Shown here: one piece after another, positions 36,001-45,774 of the stretch
Layout of the letters: every line of letters starts with the position of its first letter
Position numbering within the stretch: position 1 is the stretch's first letter
Assembly: GCA_964019335.1 (NCBI GenBank)
Contig: OZ025677.1
Span: 1 to 64,000, forward strand
DNA: 64,000 nt
Source: Diplonema japonicum
Lineage: Eukaryota > Protista > Euglenozoa: Diplonemea
Reading direction: 5' to 3'
The notes under the pieces: generated by a model
Told to the model about the DNA's origin: nothing
Databases searched by the model: none
The model's input: only the letters and a program-made list of their open reading frames with translations
Program-made: the position numbers and the translations under genes

Positions 36001-37423
36001 GTCCTCTTCCTCCGTTCTTGCGCTGCCACGGCGTCCTCCATGTCTAGGGTTGCTGCCAGCATGTCTTCGATGAACGAGGTGTCCTGCGGTATTGGCTCCG
36101 TCGGGACTGCTGCTGCTGCTGCTTCTCTGTTCACATTCCTTATTGTGTTCAGAGTGGTCGTGCTCAGGCTCCCCTCGTCCATTGCCCGTTCCAGTTGCTC
36201 TCGTAATGAACGGGTCTTGAGCCTCAGCTTCTCCAGTCGGGCCTGCATGATTGTAGCCGCCCCGATCGAGCCTGTTGTTGTCGGTGCACACACATTCTTG
36301 TTCTTCGTGCTTATGTGTTTGCCCCTTCCAACGTATGCTGCCCTCCCTGGAGTCCCTACCGGTAGTCCTATCAGGAGATCTTCTGTGCATCGGGAGAGTG
36401 TTTCGAAGGCTTCTGTGATTCGGCCCTCTCGCAAGTGCAGCTGGAAATGACACGCTTCAACAGCCTCTGCGCCCTGACCTTCTGCCGGCTCCTCTGCTGC
36501 TTCCAGCCCCTTCGGCAGCATGTACCTCTGTACCTGCAGACTGAACCTATCGAGTTGTAGTCGGACTGTGAGGGTTCTGTGGTCGGTTCCTTTGACTAGC
36601 TTGTATGCGCTGCAGTCCGTGATGGCCGGCACCGCCTCTGGGTTTGCCAGAATCCTGTCTATCCGTGTGGCGCAGTTTTCCCGTACAAACGTTGGTTCTG
36701 GTTGCTCGCCCCTTCTCATCTTTGCGCATAGCTCCGCTGCATCAGTCCAGCCCGTCTGCAGCGCCTTGCACAGTTCTGGAGACCTGTCCTCGTCAGTGTT
36801 CAGGTCGCCGACAACGAGTATGGGTACGTTGCCGAGCTCCCTCGTCTTCTTCTGCAGGACGTAGTGGAGGAGGGTCTCCCTCTTTGCCGTTTCTTCTCGC
36901 CCTGCTCCCGACGGGCAGTAAACCGAGATGATGTGCAGCCATTTGCGCTTGCCGTCGATCGCGACCTGCGTGTGCAGCCACCTCCGGCTTTGCTCCTCAG
37001 GTTGGTCTGAGGTATCCAGTGTTCCTGGTAGTGCGGTCCTGGGTTCTCGGATGAGTGTTGCGAGTCCCCCCCTCTGTGCTACCCAGTTCGATGCGATGCC
37101 CTCGACCTTCCTCCCCGGCTGCGGTGGCCCCCACATCGGCTTCCACTTCTTCTTCTGCTTCACCTTGCCAAGCTCTCGTTCTATTTCTTGTTGGCCTGCC
37201 AGGGTGAGCGCTGTCTCCTGTGTACATATGACGTCCATGTCCAGCTTTGTGACCTCCTCAAGTTGGTTGCGAAGGGAGGCTACGTTCACCGTCGATATGT
37301 TCATGTACGTGGGTGCTGGTCCAGGGTTTGGTTGTATTCCCTGAACCGTGAGTCTCGCGAAGTCCTCCGCCTCCTCTGACCCCGGTCTGCGCTTCCCCTG
37401 CCTCAGTTCAGCACCTTTCCGAT
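33072..37423 (-). CDS. ORF2: 2A-like peptide, AP endonuclease, reverse transcriptase, Cys/His zinc motif and C-terminal domain (start uncertain)
   Basis: TVNVASL, DVICTQET, VYCP, VGDLN, TRIDRI and TDH (APE); LDFAKCFDSV, GILQGCPIS and YADD (RT); CDVC..EHALWEC; no RNase H seen. Confidence 0.95.
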
Positions 37424-39181
37424 GCATGCGCAGCACTGTTCCCTCCTGCATGTTTCCAGGGTGCACACCGCTGCCTTCCCTCCCTTCAGCAGCGTCTTGC
37501 ATGAGGCGCACTGCCCCTGGGTGGCCTTGTACGCCTTCGACCACGCATGGGTGTGCATCTTTTGCTTCTTCTGTGCCTGCGATTGGGGGGAATCCATGCC
37601 CTTCCCTTCCGAGGACTTCGTCGGCTGCCTGTAGGATGGCGTGCCGTCCGTCTCCATCGGTGTCGGGGACCGGGATTCTGGAGGTGTCACGCTCCTTGGC
37701 CGTTTCGTGGGGGACGCGGCTGTGTTCTTCTTCGGCGATCCCTGTGCCTTCCTCCTCCTCGGTGATGGTGAAGCCTCCGGAGGTGTCCCGCTTCTCTGCC
37801 TCTTCGTCGGGGATGCTGGAGATGCTGGGTTCGTTGCGATTACCTTCTCCCTCAGCTCCCTGTGCCTCAGCGCTTGCTTCTTCAGTGTCTCCCTCAGCTT
37901 CTTGTTGTCCTCTTGCAGCCCTTTGATGATCTGCTCCAGCTTCTGCATCTGTTGTTGTATTCCTGTCGGCATCTGCTCTTCCTTTTGCTCTTCCTTTCCC
38001 TTCTCCTTCTGCGGTTTGTGCTTCTGTTCCTTCTGCCCCTTCTGCTGTGCCTTCGGGTCCTTCTTCTGTTGTGCCTTTGGGTCCTGCTTTTGTTGTGCCT
38101 TCGGGTCCTGCTTCTGCTGTGCCTTCGGGTCCGCCGCTGCCCAGTACTCCTCGCCTTTGTCCTTGCCATAGAAGCAGAGGAACTCCGGCTTGGAGTACTT
38201 GGTGTCGTTGTTCTCGTTTGGGTCCTTCCGCGTCTCCCCTTTTGCCACCACCATCCGCAGCGGTTGGAGTTTCCATGCCTCTGTCAAGGGCATTTGGTTC
38301 TCTCCTACTTGGACTTCCCCGAACGGGGGTCGGACAACCGCCTGGATAATGGCGAGCTGTTTCCCTTTCTTGGGGATCATCCGGAGCACCTCCGCACCTT
38401 CCCACCCCTTCGTGCGGATCACCTCCTGCACCTGCCCTGCTGTTACTCCGCGCGGTACGCAGTGGAGGTCGTACTTCGTCTTCTTTGCTCCCCCTGCTTC
38501 CACCAGTAGCCCTGCCTCCCGTGCCCTGTCTGCCGCGTGCGTCCTTGCTTCCCCTTCCTCCATCACCAGCCCGACCCCCCTCCCGTTGCTGATGATGGCT
38601 GCCTCGGGCCCCGCCGCCTTCCGTGCCTCCGACACGCTCCACGTCTTTAGCCACAACGGTGGCGCGTCCTCCTTCCTCCTCCTTCGTTCTTCGATGTACA
38701 TACCGGTACCTTCTGCACCCCCGGCCTGTTTCGCTTTCTTCGCGTCGCTCGCCGACAGATAGACCAGGAGGTCCATCTTGGTGAGCTTGCCGTCCCACCC
38801 CTCGCCCCTCGGGTCTGACAGCCCTCGGGTCCCGATCCCCATGGATCCGAGCACCTTCTTCGTGTGCTCTCTCGCGTCGGCCTCGACCTGCTCCCAGCCT
38901 TCCCCCGCCGCCGGTCGCCTCCATACCACTCTCAGCACCTCGGTGGCGTTCTCGTCTTCGTCCTCGTCCTCGTCCTCGTCCATCCAGCGTTCCTGCTGCT
39001 GCTTGCCATGTGTCTTCGGCCATCCCGCCTCTGCCGTTACCCTCACCGCGCGTACCACCTTCCCCTTCCCTGGTCTCGCCCGCGCTACCTGCACCCACGA
39101 AGGTGCTGCCCCCTGCTGGGGTTTTTGCTCTCCTCCTGAGGGAGAAGACCCAGGGCCACCACTTGGAGGTTCCCCAGCCAT
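37403..39181 (-). CDS. ORF1 (gag-like; DPKAQQKQ repeats, coiled coil, Ser/Pro-rich linker, C-terminal Cys/His zinc-binding domain)
   Basis: 592-aa ORF starting 45 nt from the element end; HxH..CASC..C..C..CCAC terminus. Confidence 0.85.
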   Translation of the reverse strand: MAGEPPSGGPGSSPSGGEQKPQQGAAPSWVQVARARPGKGKVVRAVRVTAEAGWPKTHGKQQQERWMDEDEDEDEDENATEVLRVVWRRPAAGEGWEQVEADAREHTKKVLGSMGIGTRGLSDPRGEGWDGKLTKMDLLVYLSASDAKKAKQAGGAEGTGMYIEERRRRKEDAPPLWLKTWSVSEARKAAGPEAAIISNGRGVGLVMEEGEARTHAADRAREAGLLVEAGGAKKTKYDLHCVPRGVTAGQVQEVIRTKGWEGAEVLRMIPKKGKQLAIIQAVVRPPFGEVQVGENQMPLTEAWKLQPLRMVVAKGETRKDPNENNDTKYSKPEFLCFYGKDKGEEYWAAADPKAQQKQDPKAQQKQDPKAQQKKDPKAQQKGQKEQKHKPQKEKGKEEQKEEQMPTGIQQQMQKLEQIIKGLQEDNKKLRETLKKQALRHRELREKVIATNPASPASPTKRQRSGTPPEASPSPRRRKAQGSPKKNTAASPTKRPRSVTPPESRSPTPMETDGTPSYRQPTKSSEGKGMDSPQSQAQKKQKMHTHAWSKAYKATQGQCASCKTLLKGGKAAVCTLETCRREQCCACIGKVLN

Positions 39182-39224
39182 GATTGATAGAGATTTTGTT
39201 AATTCCAACCCAATATCCAGCCCC
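39115..39224 (-). ncRNA. HDV-like ribozyme at the LINE 5' end, overlapping the ORF1 start
   Basis: P1 GGGGCU/GGCCCU; P2 GCUGGGG/CCCCAGC; P3 ACC/GGU; L3 UCCAAGU; P1.1 CC/GG; P4 UCUUCUCC/GGAGGAGA; J4/2 GCAAA. Confidence 0.8.
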
Positions 39225-39362
39225 TTGAAAAAAAAAGAAGAAAAAATAAATAAATAAAAATAAAGAATCTTTTGAGTACCGAATAACAAAAAAAAAAAAA
39301 AAAAGAACAAATAATTTCTTTAAAAAAAAAGAACGGGCTAAAAGAAAAAAAAAAAAAAAAAA

Positions 39363-39402
39363 GAGACATTTAAGGGTACCTGCGGTATGTGGCAGGACGC
39401 CT
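39363..39402 (-). mobile_element. Solo B-type 3' tail, variant
   Basis: AGGCGTCCTGCCACATACCGCAGGTACCCTTAAATGTCTC followed by a T-run. Confidence 0.75.
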
Positions 39403-39484
39403 GAGAAAAAATCAAAATCAAAATTCTCTCTCTTTTTTTTTCTTCTTAATTCGTTCAGAAGCTTCTTAGCCTTAACTTAGCGTG

Positions 39485-39521
<37 letters not shown>

Positions 39522-39589
39522 CCACGAAGAAAGGGAGAAGCATGATTTTTATAATAATAAAAAAAAAGAAGAAAAACGGAGGTTTAAAA

Positions 39590-42500
39590 TTATTTTTCGG
39601 GGTTCTTTGTCCCCTCGTATGAAGATGCCTTGCGCACCAAACTAAAACCGCCGTTCCCGCGCATCGACAGGTCCAGCTCTGCATCCTCTTCGCCCTCAGA
39701 AAGAAGACCCGTTCCTTCCTTGTTCCTCTTATACTCTCTAATGCTCTTCAATCCGACAAGGAAGGCCAGCGAAATGCAAATAAGCATGTAGACAATACAC
39801 TGCACAACACCTACAGACAGCTGTATGTTGCCTGTCACACGAATGGAATCATAATCACACGTAAGATTCTGCTCCGGGATTTCAAAACAAGCGTCCTCAT
39901 GCTTCCCACTGTAATAAGCCTTTGATCCAAAGTGCTGGGTCAGTAATAGGTACGGCTGTGCTGTTCCACAGAGCACTATAATGCCCAATGGGTTCTGTGC
40001 AACCCTTTTTGTGAGTGCAAGGAAGGCCACTAGGATGCCTATACATAAGGCAAGAAGGGTGTAGATCCAGAATTGAGTTGAGTTGCTTTGAAACTCGCTG
40101 TAGGCACTGCAGTAGGACAAACCTTCTGCTAAGTCATCCAGTTTCTTAAAGTGCGGCTCAAAGGCAGTCCAGTACGCAACAAAGCTCGCGAAGCTTAACA
40201 TCGTTGTTCCTATGAGGGCTACGCTGCACACCGCGACTATCTTCGTTGTCCGCCTGCCGATGGTCGTGACCTCCCTATCGTCGTCTTCCTCTTCGCTGTC
40301 CAGCCCTTCCCCATGCTCTTCGTATTCTTCCTCCATTTCCACTTCATCTTGTGTGTCCTGCTGTGTCTCGCTCTCCACCATATCCCCGCAGCAGAAGTAC
40401 AACCCCCCCACAACCACATTGGCCGCCATGCACACCAGGTTCCACCACGCAGCCCGGAGCAGGTAGTCTCTTGCATCTTCGTACTCGTCGTGTGTCATGT
40501 TCGCAGGGATCCCGTCTACGCTTGTCTCCTCTGCAAACCTCCGTCGGTTCTCATTCAGCACCACCACCGCTGGGTCCATCGCATTGACCCCACCGCCGGG
40601 TGCTGCTGTCAGAGGAGCTGCCGTGGGGACTGTGGTGGGTCCCGCAGTTGGCGGGGATGAGGTTGGCTCTATGGTGGGCTGTGCAGTTGGCGGGGATGAA
40701 GTGGGCTCTGCCGTTGGTGGAGCTGGTTCCGCAGTTTGGGGAGCTGAAGTGGGTTCCGCTGTTGGCAGGGATGAAGTGGGTTCTGCTGTTGGCGGGGATG
40801 GAGTGGGTTCTGCTGTTGGTGGGGATGAGGTAGGTTCCGCAGTTTGAGGAGCTGAAGTGGGCTCTGCTGTTGGTGGGGATGAAGTTGGTTCCGCAGTTTG
40901 GGGAGCTGAAGTGGGTTCCGCTGTTGGTGGAGACGAAGTTGGTTCTGCTGTTTGCGGGGATGAAGTTGGTTCTGCTGTTGGTGGGGATGAAGTGGGCTCT
41001 GCTGTTGGTGGAGACGAAGTTGGTTCTGCTGTTTGCGGGGATGAAGTTGGCTCCGCTGTTGGTGGGGATGAAGTTGGTTCTGCAGTTTGAGGAGCTGAAG
41101 TGGGCTCTGCCGTAGGACTTGCGGTGTCAGGAGCAGGTGTGTCGGGAGCAGTTGTGTCGGGAGCAGGTGTGTCGGGAGCAGGTGTGTCAGGAGCAGGTGT
41201 GTCAGGAGCAGGTGTGTCAGGAGCAGGTGTGTCAGGAGCAGTTGTGTCGGGAGCAGGTGTGTCAGGAGCAGGTGTGTCGGGAGCAGTTGTGTCGGGAGCA
41301 GGTGTGTCGGGAGCTGTAGTTTGTTTTATTATTTTCTTCTTCAATAGCGCTAATGCAAGTGTAAAATTCATTTACAGAAGGGAATGAATCACACCTTGTG
41401 AGCTGTAAGGAATGGGTGTGTCTGGGGCCGTAGTATCAGGAATGGGTGTGTCTGGAGCCGTAGTATCAGGAAACGGTGTGTCTGGAGCCGTAGTATCAGG
41501 AAAAGGTGTGTCTGGGGCCGTAGTATCAGGAATGGGTGTGTCTGGAGCCGCAGTATCAGGAATGGGTGCTGGGGCCGTAGTATCAGGAAAAGGTGTGTCT
41601 GGGGCCGTAGTATCAGGAATGGGTGTGTCTGGAGCCGTAGTATCAGGAAAAGGTGTGTCTGGGGCCGTAGTATCAGGAAACGGTGTGTCTGGGGCTGTTG
41701 TATCAGGAAACGGCGTGCTGGGAGACTGCGTATCGGGGAACGGAGTCATTGGCACTGGTGTGTCGGGAGCTTGAGTGTCAGGAGCTGGCGAAGGAGGGGC
41801 TGGTGTATCCGGTGCAGGGGTTAAGGGTGCTGTTTTATTTTATTTTAATTTATTATGGTCCGCAACATTTTAGTTGGTCTCGACAAGGGCAGCACAAGCG
41901 TTGGAAGGAAAAGATTACATAAGCAACTTGCGGCCACTTGTACTTAAACTTGAATTTAGAACAAAAAATAATTGGAGTCGAATATCGATTGAACGGGGAA
42001 ATTGTGAAACCTTTTGAAAAATACTTCGAAATCAACCGGAAGAATAGGGATTCTATTTTCTTGCTTTTCTAGTCCAACGGAACAGGGGGCGTAGTTAGTA
42101 CGTAGCACGACAGAGAGTAATCTCGTACGCTGGGCGAGAATGTGAGCAATTGTGCTTCTCCGAACTTTCTCGTCGAGAATAAGTCCAAATACGAGTGGAC
42201 GGGTGGGGCATTGGTCAGCCTACTTTTCGTACTGCTTGATGCCTCTAAGGAAGCCGTAACATGGATATTGGCGCAAGTCCCTCAACCTTATACAAGCACG
42301 TAAAATAAATAGTATCACACCTTGAGTGTCAGGAGCGGGAGTATCGGGGGCTGGAGTGTCAGGAGCAGGGGTGTCAGGAGCTGAAGTCTCGGGGGCTGGA
42401 GTGTCAGGAGCCGAGGTGCCAGGAGCAGGGGTGTCGGGAGCTGAAGTGTCGGGAGCGGGAGTATCGGGGGCTGGAGTGTCAGGAGCCGAGGTGTCAGGAG

Positions 42501-45219
42501 CAGGGGTGTCAGGAGCGGGAGTATCGGGGGCTGGAGTGTCAGGTGCTGGGGTGTCGGGAGCAGGGGTGTCAGGAGCAGTTGTGTCGGGGGCTGGAGTGTC
42601 AGGAGCCGAGGTGTCAGGAGCAGGGGTGTCGGGAGCTGAAGTGTCGGGAGCTGGAGTATCGGGGGCTGGAGTGTCAGGTGCTGGGGTGTCGGGAGCAGGG
42701 GTGTCAGGAGCTGAAGTGTCGGGGGCTGGAGTGTCAGGAGCCGAGGTGTCAGGAGCAGGGGTGTCGGGGGCTGGACTGTCAGGAGCTGAAGTGTCGGGAG
42801 CGGGAGTATCGGGGGCTGGCGTGTTTGGAGCAGGAGTGTCGGGAGCCGAGGTGTCGGGTGCTGGAGTGTCAGGAGCTGGAGTATCGGGTGCCGGAGTGTC
42901 AGGGGCAGGTGTTTCAGGAGCTGAGGTGTCGGGTGCTGGAGTGTCGGGAGCGGGAGTATCCGGTGCTGGTGTGTCGGGGGCTGGGGTGTCTGGAGCGGGA
43001 GTGTCCGGTGCTGGAGTGTTGGGGGCTGGAGTGTCAGGAGCGGGAGTGTCAGGAGCCGAGGTGTCGGGTGCTGGAGTGTCAGGAGCGGGAGTATCGGGGG
43101 CTGGAGTGTCAGGGGTAGGTGTGTCAGGAGCGGGAGTGTCTGGTGCTGGGGTGTCAGGAGCTGGAGTATCGGGTGCTGGAGTGTCGGGAGCGGGAGTATC
43201 CGGTGCTGGTGTGTCGGGGGCTGGGGTGTCAGGAGCGGGAGTATCTGGTGCTGGGGTGTCAGGAGCTGGAGTATCGGGTGCTGGAGTGTCGGGAGCTGGA
43301 GTATCGGGGGCTGGAGTGTCAGGAGCGGGAGTATCTGGTGCTGGGGTGTCAGGAGCTGGAGTATCGGGTGCTGGAGTGTCAGGAGCGGGAGTATCCGGTG
43401 CTGGGGTGTCAGGTGCTGGAGTATCCGGTGCCGGAGTGTCGGGAGCGGGAGTGTCTGGTGCTGGGGTGTCGGGAGCAGGGGTGTCGGGGGCTGGGGTATC
43501 GGGAGCAGGAGTATCCGGTGCTGGAGTGTCAGGAGCTGGAGTATCGGGTGCTGGTGTGTCGGGAGCGGGAGTATCCGGTGCTGGGGTGTCGGGTGCTGGA
43601 GTGTCAGGGGCCAGGGTGTCGGGAGCTAGAGTATCGGGGGCTGGAGTGTCGGGAGCAGGAGTGTCGGGAGCGGGGGTATCTGGTGCTGGAGTATCGGGTG
43701 CTGGAGTGTCTGGAGCGGGAGTATCAGGAGCTGGGGTGTCAGGAGCTGGAGTATCGGGTGCTGGGGTGTCGGGTGCTGGAGTGTCTGGAGCGGGAGTATC
43801 AGGTGCTGGAGTGTCAGGAGCTGGAGTATCGGGTGCTGGAGTGTCTGGAGCGGGAGTATCCGGTGCTGGAGTGTCAGGAGCTGGAGTATCGGGTGCTGAG
43901 GTGTCTGGTGCTGGTGTGTCAGGAGCAGGAGTATCGGGGGCCGGAGTGTCAGGAGCTGGGGTGTCAGGAGCGGCTGTGTCAGGAGCTGGGGTATCCGGTG
44001 CTGGAGTGTCGGGAGCTGAAGTGTCGGGGGCTGAGGTAGGAGGTGCTCCTGGGGGTGAGAAAATTAGCCCGTCAACATTATTTGCACTCGAATCAACCCA
44101 CGTATAAAACAGCTTGTCACCGATGGCCGCAACAGCAGGCAGGGAAGCAGGTGAAGTGTTACTCGCCTCGAAGGCTACACCGTTCTTGGCACCCTCGTAC
44201 GTGAACAGCTGGCTTCGAATAGTATTGGTAGCGTCTTCCTGTGTCCAGGCCAGGACGAAGCCTAGCTCAGGTTGAGTGCCGATGTAGCTGGTGCAGACGG
44301 TATCGATCTGATTGGCGGTGGATGCTTCGACACGGGTTTCGATATCCAAAGGAAAACCGCTGGAATCAAAGGATCTTACGTAAACAGAATAAATCCCGCT
44401 GTTGTGCCTACTAAGGGAAGAGAAAGCAATAGCGAAGCCAGAGAAGAAAGTACAGATGCAGGGATTAGCCTGTGCCTTGTCGGTGAAACTGTTGACTAGG
44501 AAATCGGGGGTGCCAACGACAGCGTTGGAGCTGTCGAAGATGGTGGCGTAGATGCCGGCGTCTTCACCGTCTGCTCCGCTTTGGTCTTCGAACACAACAA
44601 CGTACCCCGACCCGAAGGGGATGCCCTTGCCGTTGGTTTGGTCAAGGTTATTCACTACGCTGTTGACAACACCATGAAAGGTCTGCACACGGGCCGCAGA
44701 GGAGTCGTATCGTGCTGCATAAATGTCCTTATTGTCAGAAGTGGATGTTGTCATGTGGTACAGAACAACGAACCCGTTGTCCTCAAGGGTAAAGCAGTCG
44801 GATACATCAAAATCCGAATTGGAAGGATTGTCAGCTATTATAATCTCCGGCCCGACCTTCCCACCAGCAGCGTTATACTCTTGGTACACAACGCTGTCAG
44901 TGTATGCCCACGCAGCAACCCACCCATCAGTGCTCTTCATGCCACAGAGAGCCATGTGGCTTTTTGTTCCAGTAGTAAGGTCGCTGGTACGAAGTGGACC
45001 TGCTGCAATTCCCATTAAGTTGTTGAATCCAGTTACGGTGCCTCCTTTTCCTCCTGTTAATTCTGAAGTCCATCCTGCAAACCACAAGTCTCCTGTTGTT
45101 GTGGTAAGCCTGTTTGACGTGGCATCTACTACCTCATCAAAACTGATCGTTCCTCCAGACGATGGCACAGGAACCACTGGTTGCGAGATTACCGCAATGG
45201 CCACCACGACAAGCGCCAT
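39590..45219 (-). CDS. Large mucin-like membrane protein: signal peptide, beta-repeat head, >100 TPAPD repeats, PTAEPTSS repeats, ~5 TM C-terminus; exons 45219-42321, 41829-41395, 41313-39590
   Basis: Three ORF-track pieces join in frame via phase-1 GTGTGA...CAG introns at 41830-42320 and 41314-41394. Confidence 0.85.
42322..44035. repeat. 15-bp coding minisatellite (TPAPD)
   Basis: Tandem 15-mers with heavy third-position variation; related arrays at 40650-41770. Confidence 0.95.
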
Positions 45220-45535
45220 TGGGTTGGGGGAACCCCTGGGAGATTTGTAAAGGGGGGGAAGGAAAAAGAAGAAGAAAAAAAAACATATAAGGTTGCACAA
45301 TGTAATAATAACTACAAATAAAGAGAAAGAAGAAAAAGTCGGTTTACGTAGCATTTTGTTTTGTGTCGCACGGTACAAAAATCCTGGGGAGAATTAAGGT
45401 ACTGCATGCTGCCGCTACCTTTATTTTTGTTAAGAAGTTTCTCTCTCCCTCCCCCCCTCCACCTTTTTGTTTTTTTTTTCCGGCGTCCGGACAATTTTGC
45501 CGGTCTACCTTCAGACACCCTTTTGAAGGAAAAAA

Positions 45536-45578
45536 GATTCACTATGATAGGAACGAAGTGGTTAGCAACGGCCCGCCT
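45536..45578 (-). mobile_element. Solo D-type tail candidate
   Basis: T-run, AGGCGGGCCGTTGCTAACCACTTCGTTCCTATCATAGTGAATC, T-run; related to 3958-3985. Confidence 0.5.
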
Positions 45579-45774
45579 AAAAAAAAAACCCCCCAGACTG
45601 AGTTTAAAATAAAAAAGAAAAAATTCACACTTCTACATACTTCTACGAAAGAAGAAGGAAAAAAAAGGGGGGGGGGAAAACGAATCTTTTGATATTACAA
45701 CATAAAGGACGCTTCGCAAGAAATAAAACCCCGAGATTTCACATCTCGGAGAAGGAAAAAAAAAAAAAAAAAAA

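Larger units (their letters stand above)
33022..39226 (-). mobile_element. Full-length APE-type non-LTR retrotransposon (family A), ~6.2 kb
   Basis: Two ORFs; 5' HDV-like fold; 3' hairpin plus T-run; probable TSD GAAAAAAAAA at 33012-33021 and 39227-39236. Confidence 0.95.

Noticed and set aside
37424-39098. N-terminal ~560 aa of the 2008-aa ORF call
   Set aside because: It overlaps ORF1 in another frame, is low-complexity G/R/E-rich, and stays open because the strand is T-poor; recognisable domains begin only after the NPGP motif
33022-39226. Spliced-leader-targeted CRE/SLACS element
   Set aside because: No spliced-leader repeat was seen in the flanks, and the element encodes an N-terminal AP endonuclease rather than a restriction-like endonuclease
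42326-44107. Plus-strand (GAGVS)n and other alternative-frame ORFs
   Set aside because: Antisense shadows of the TPAPD coding repeat
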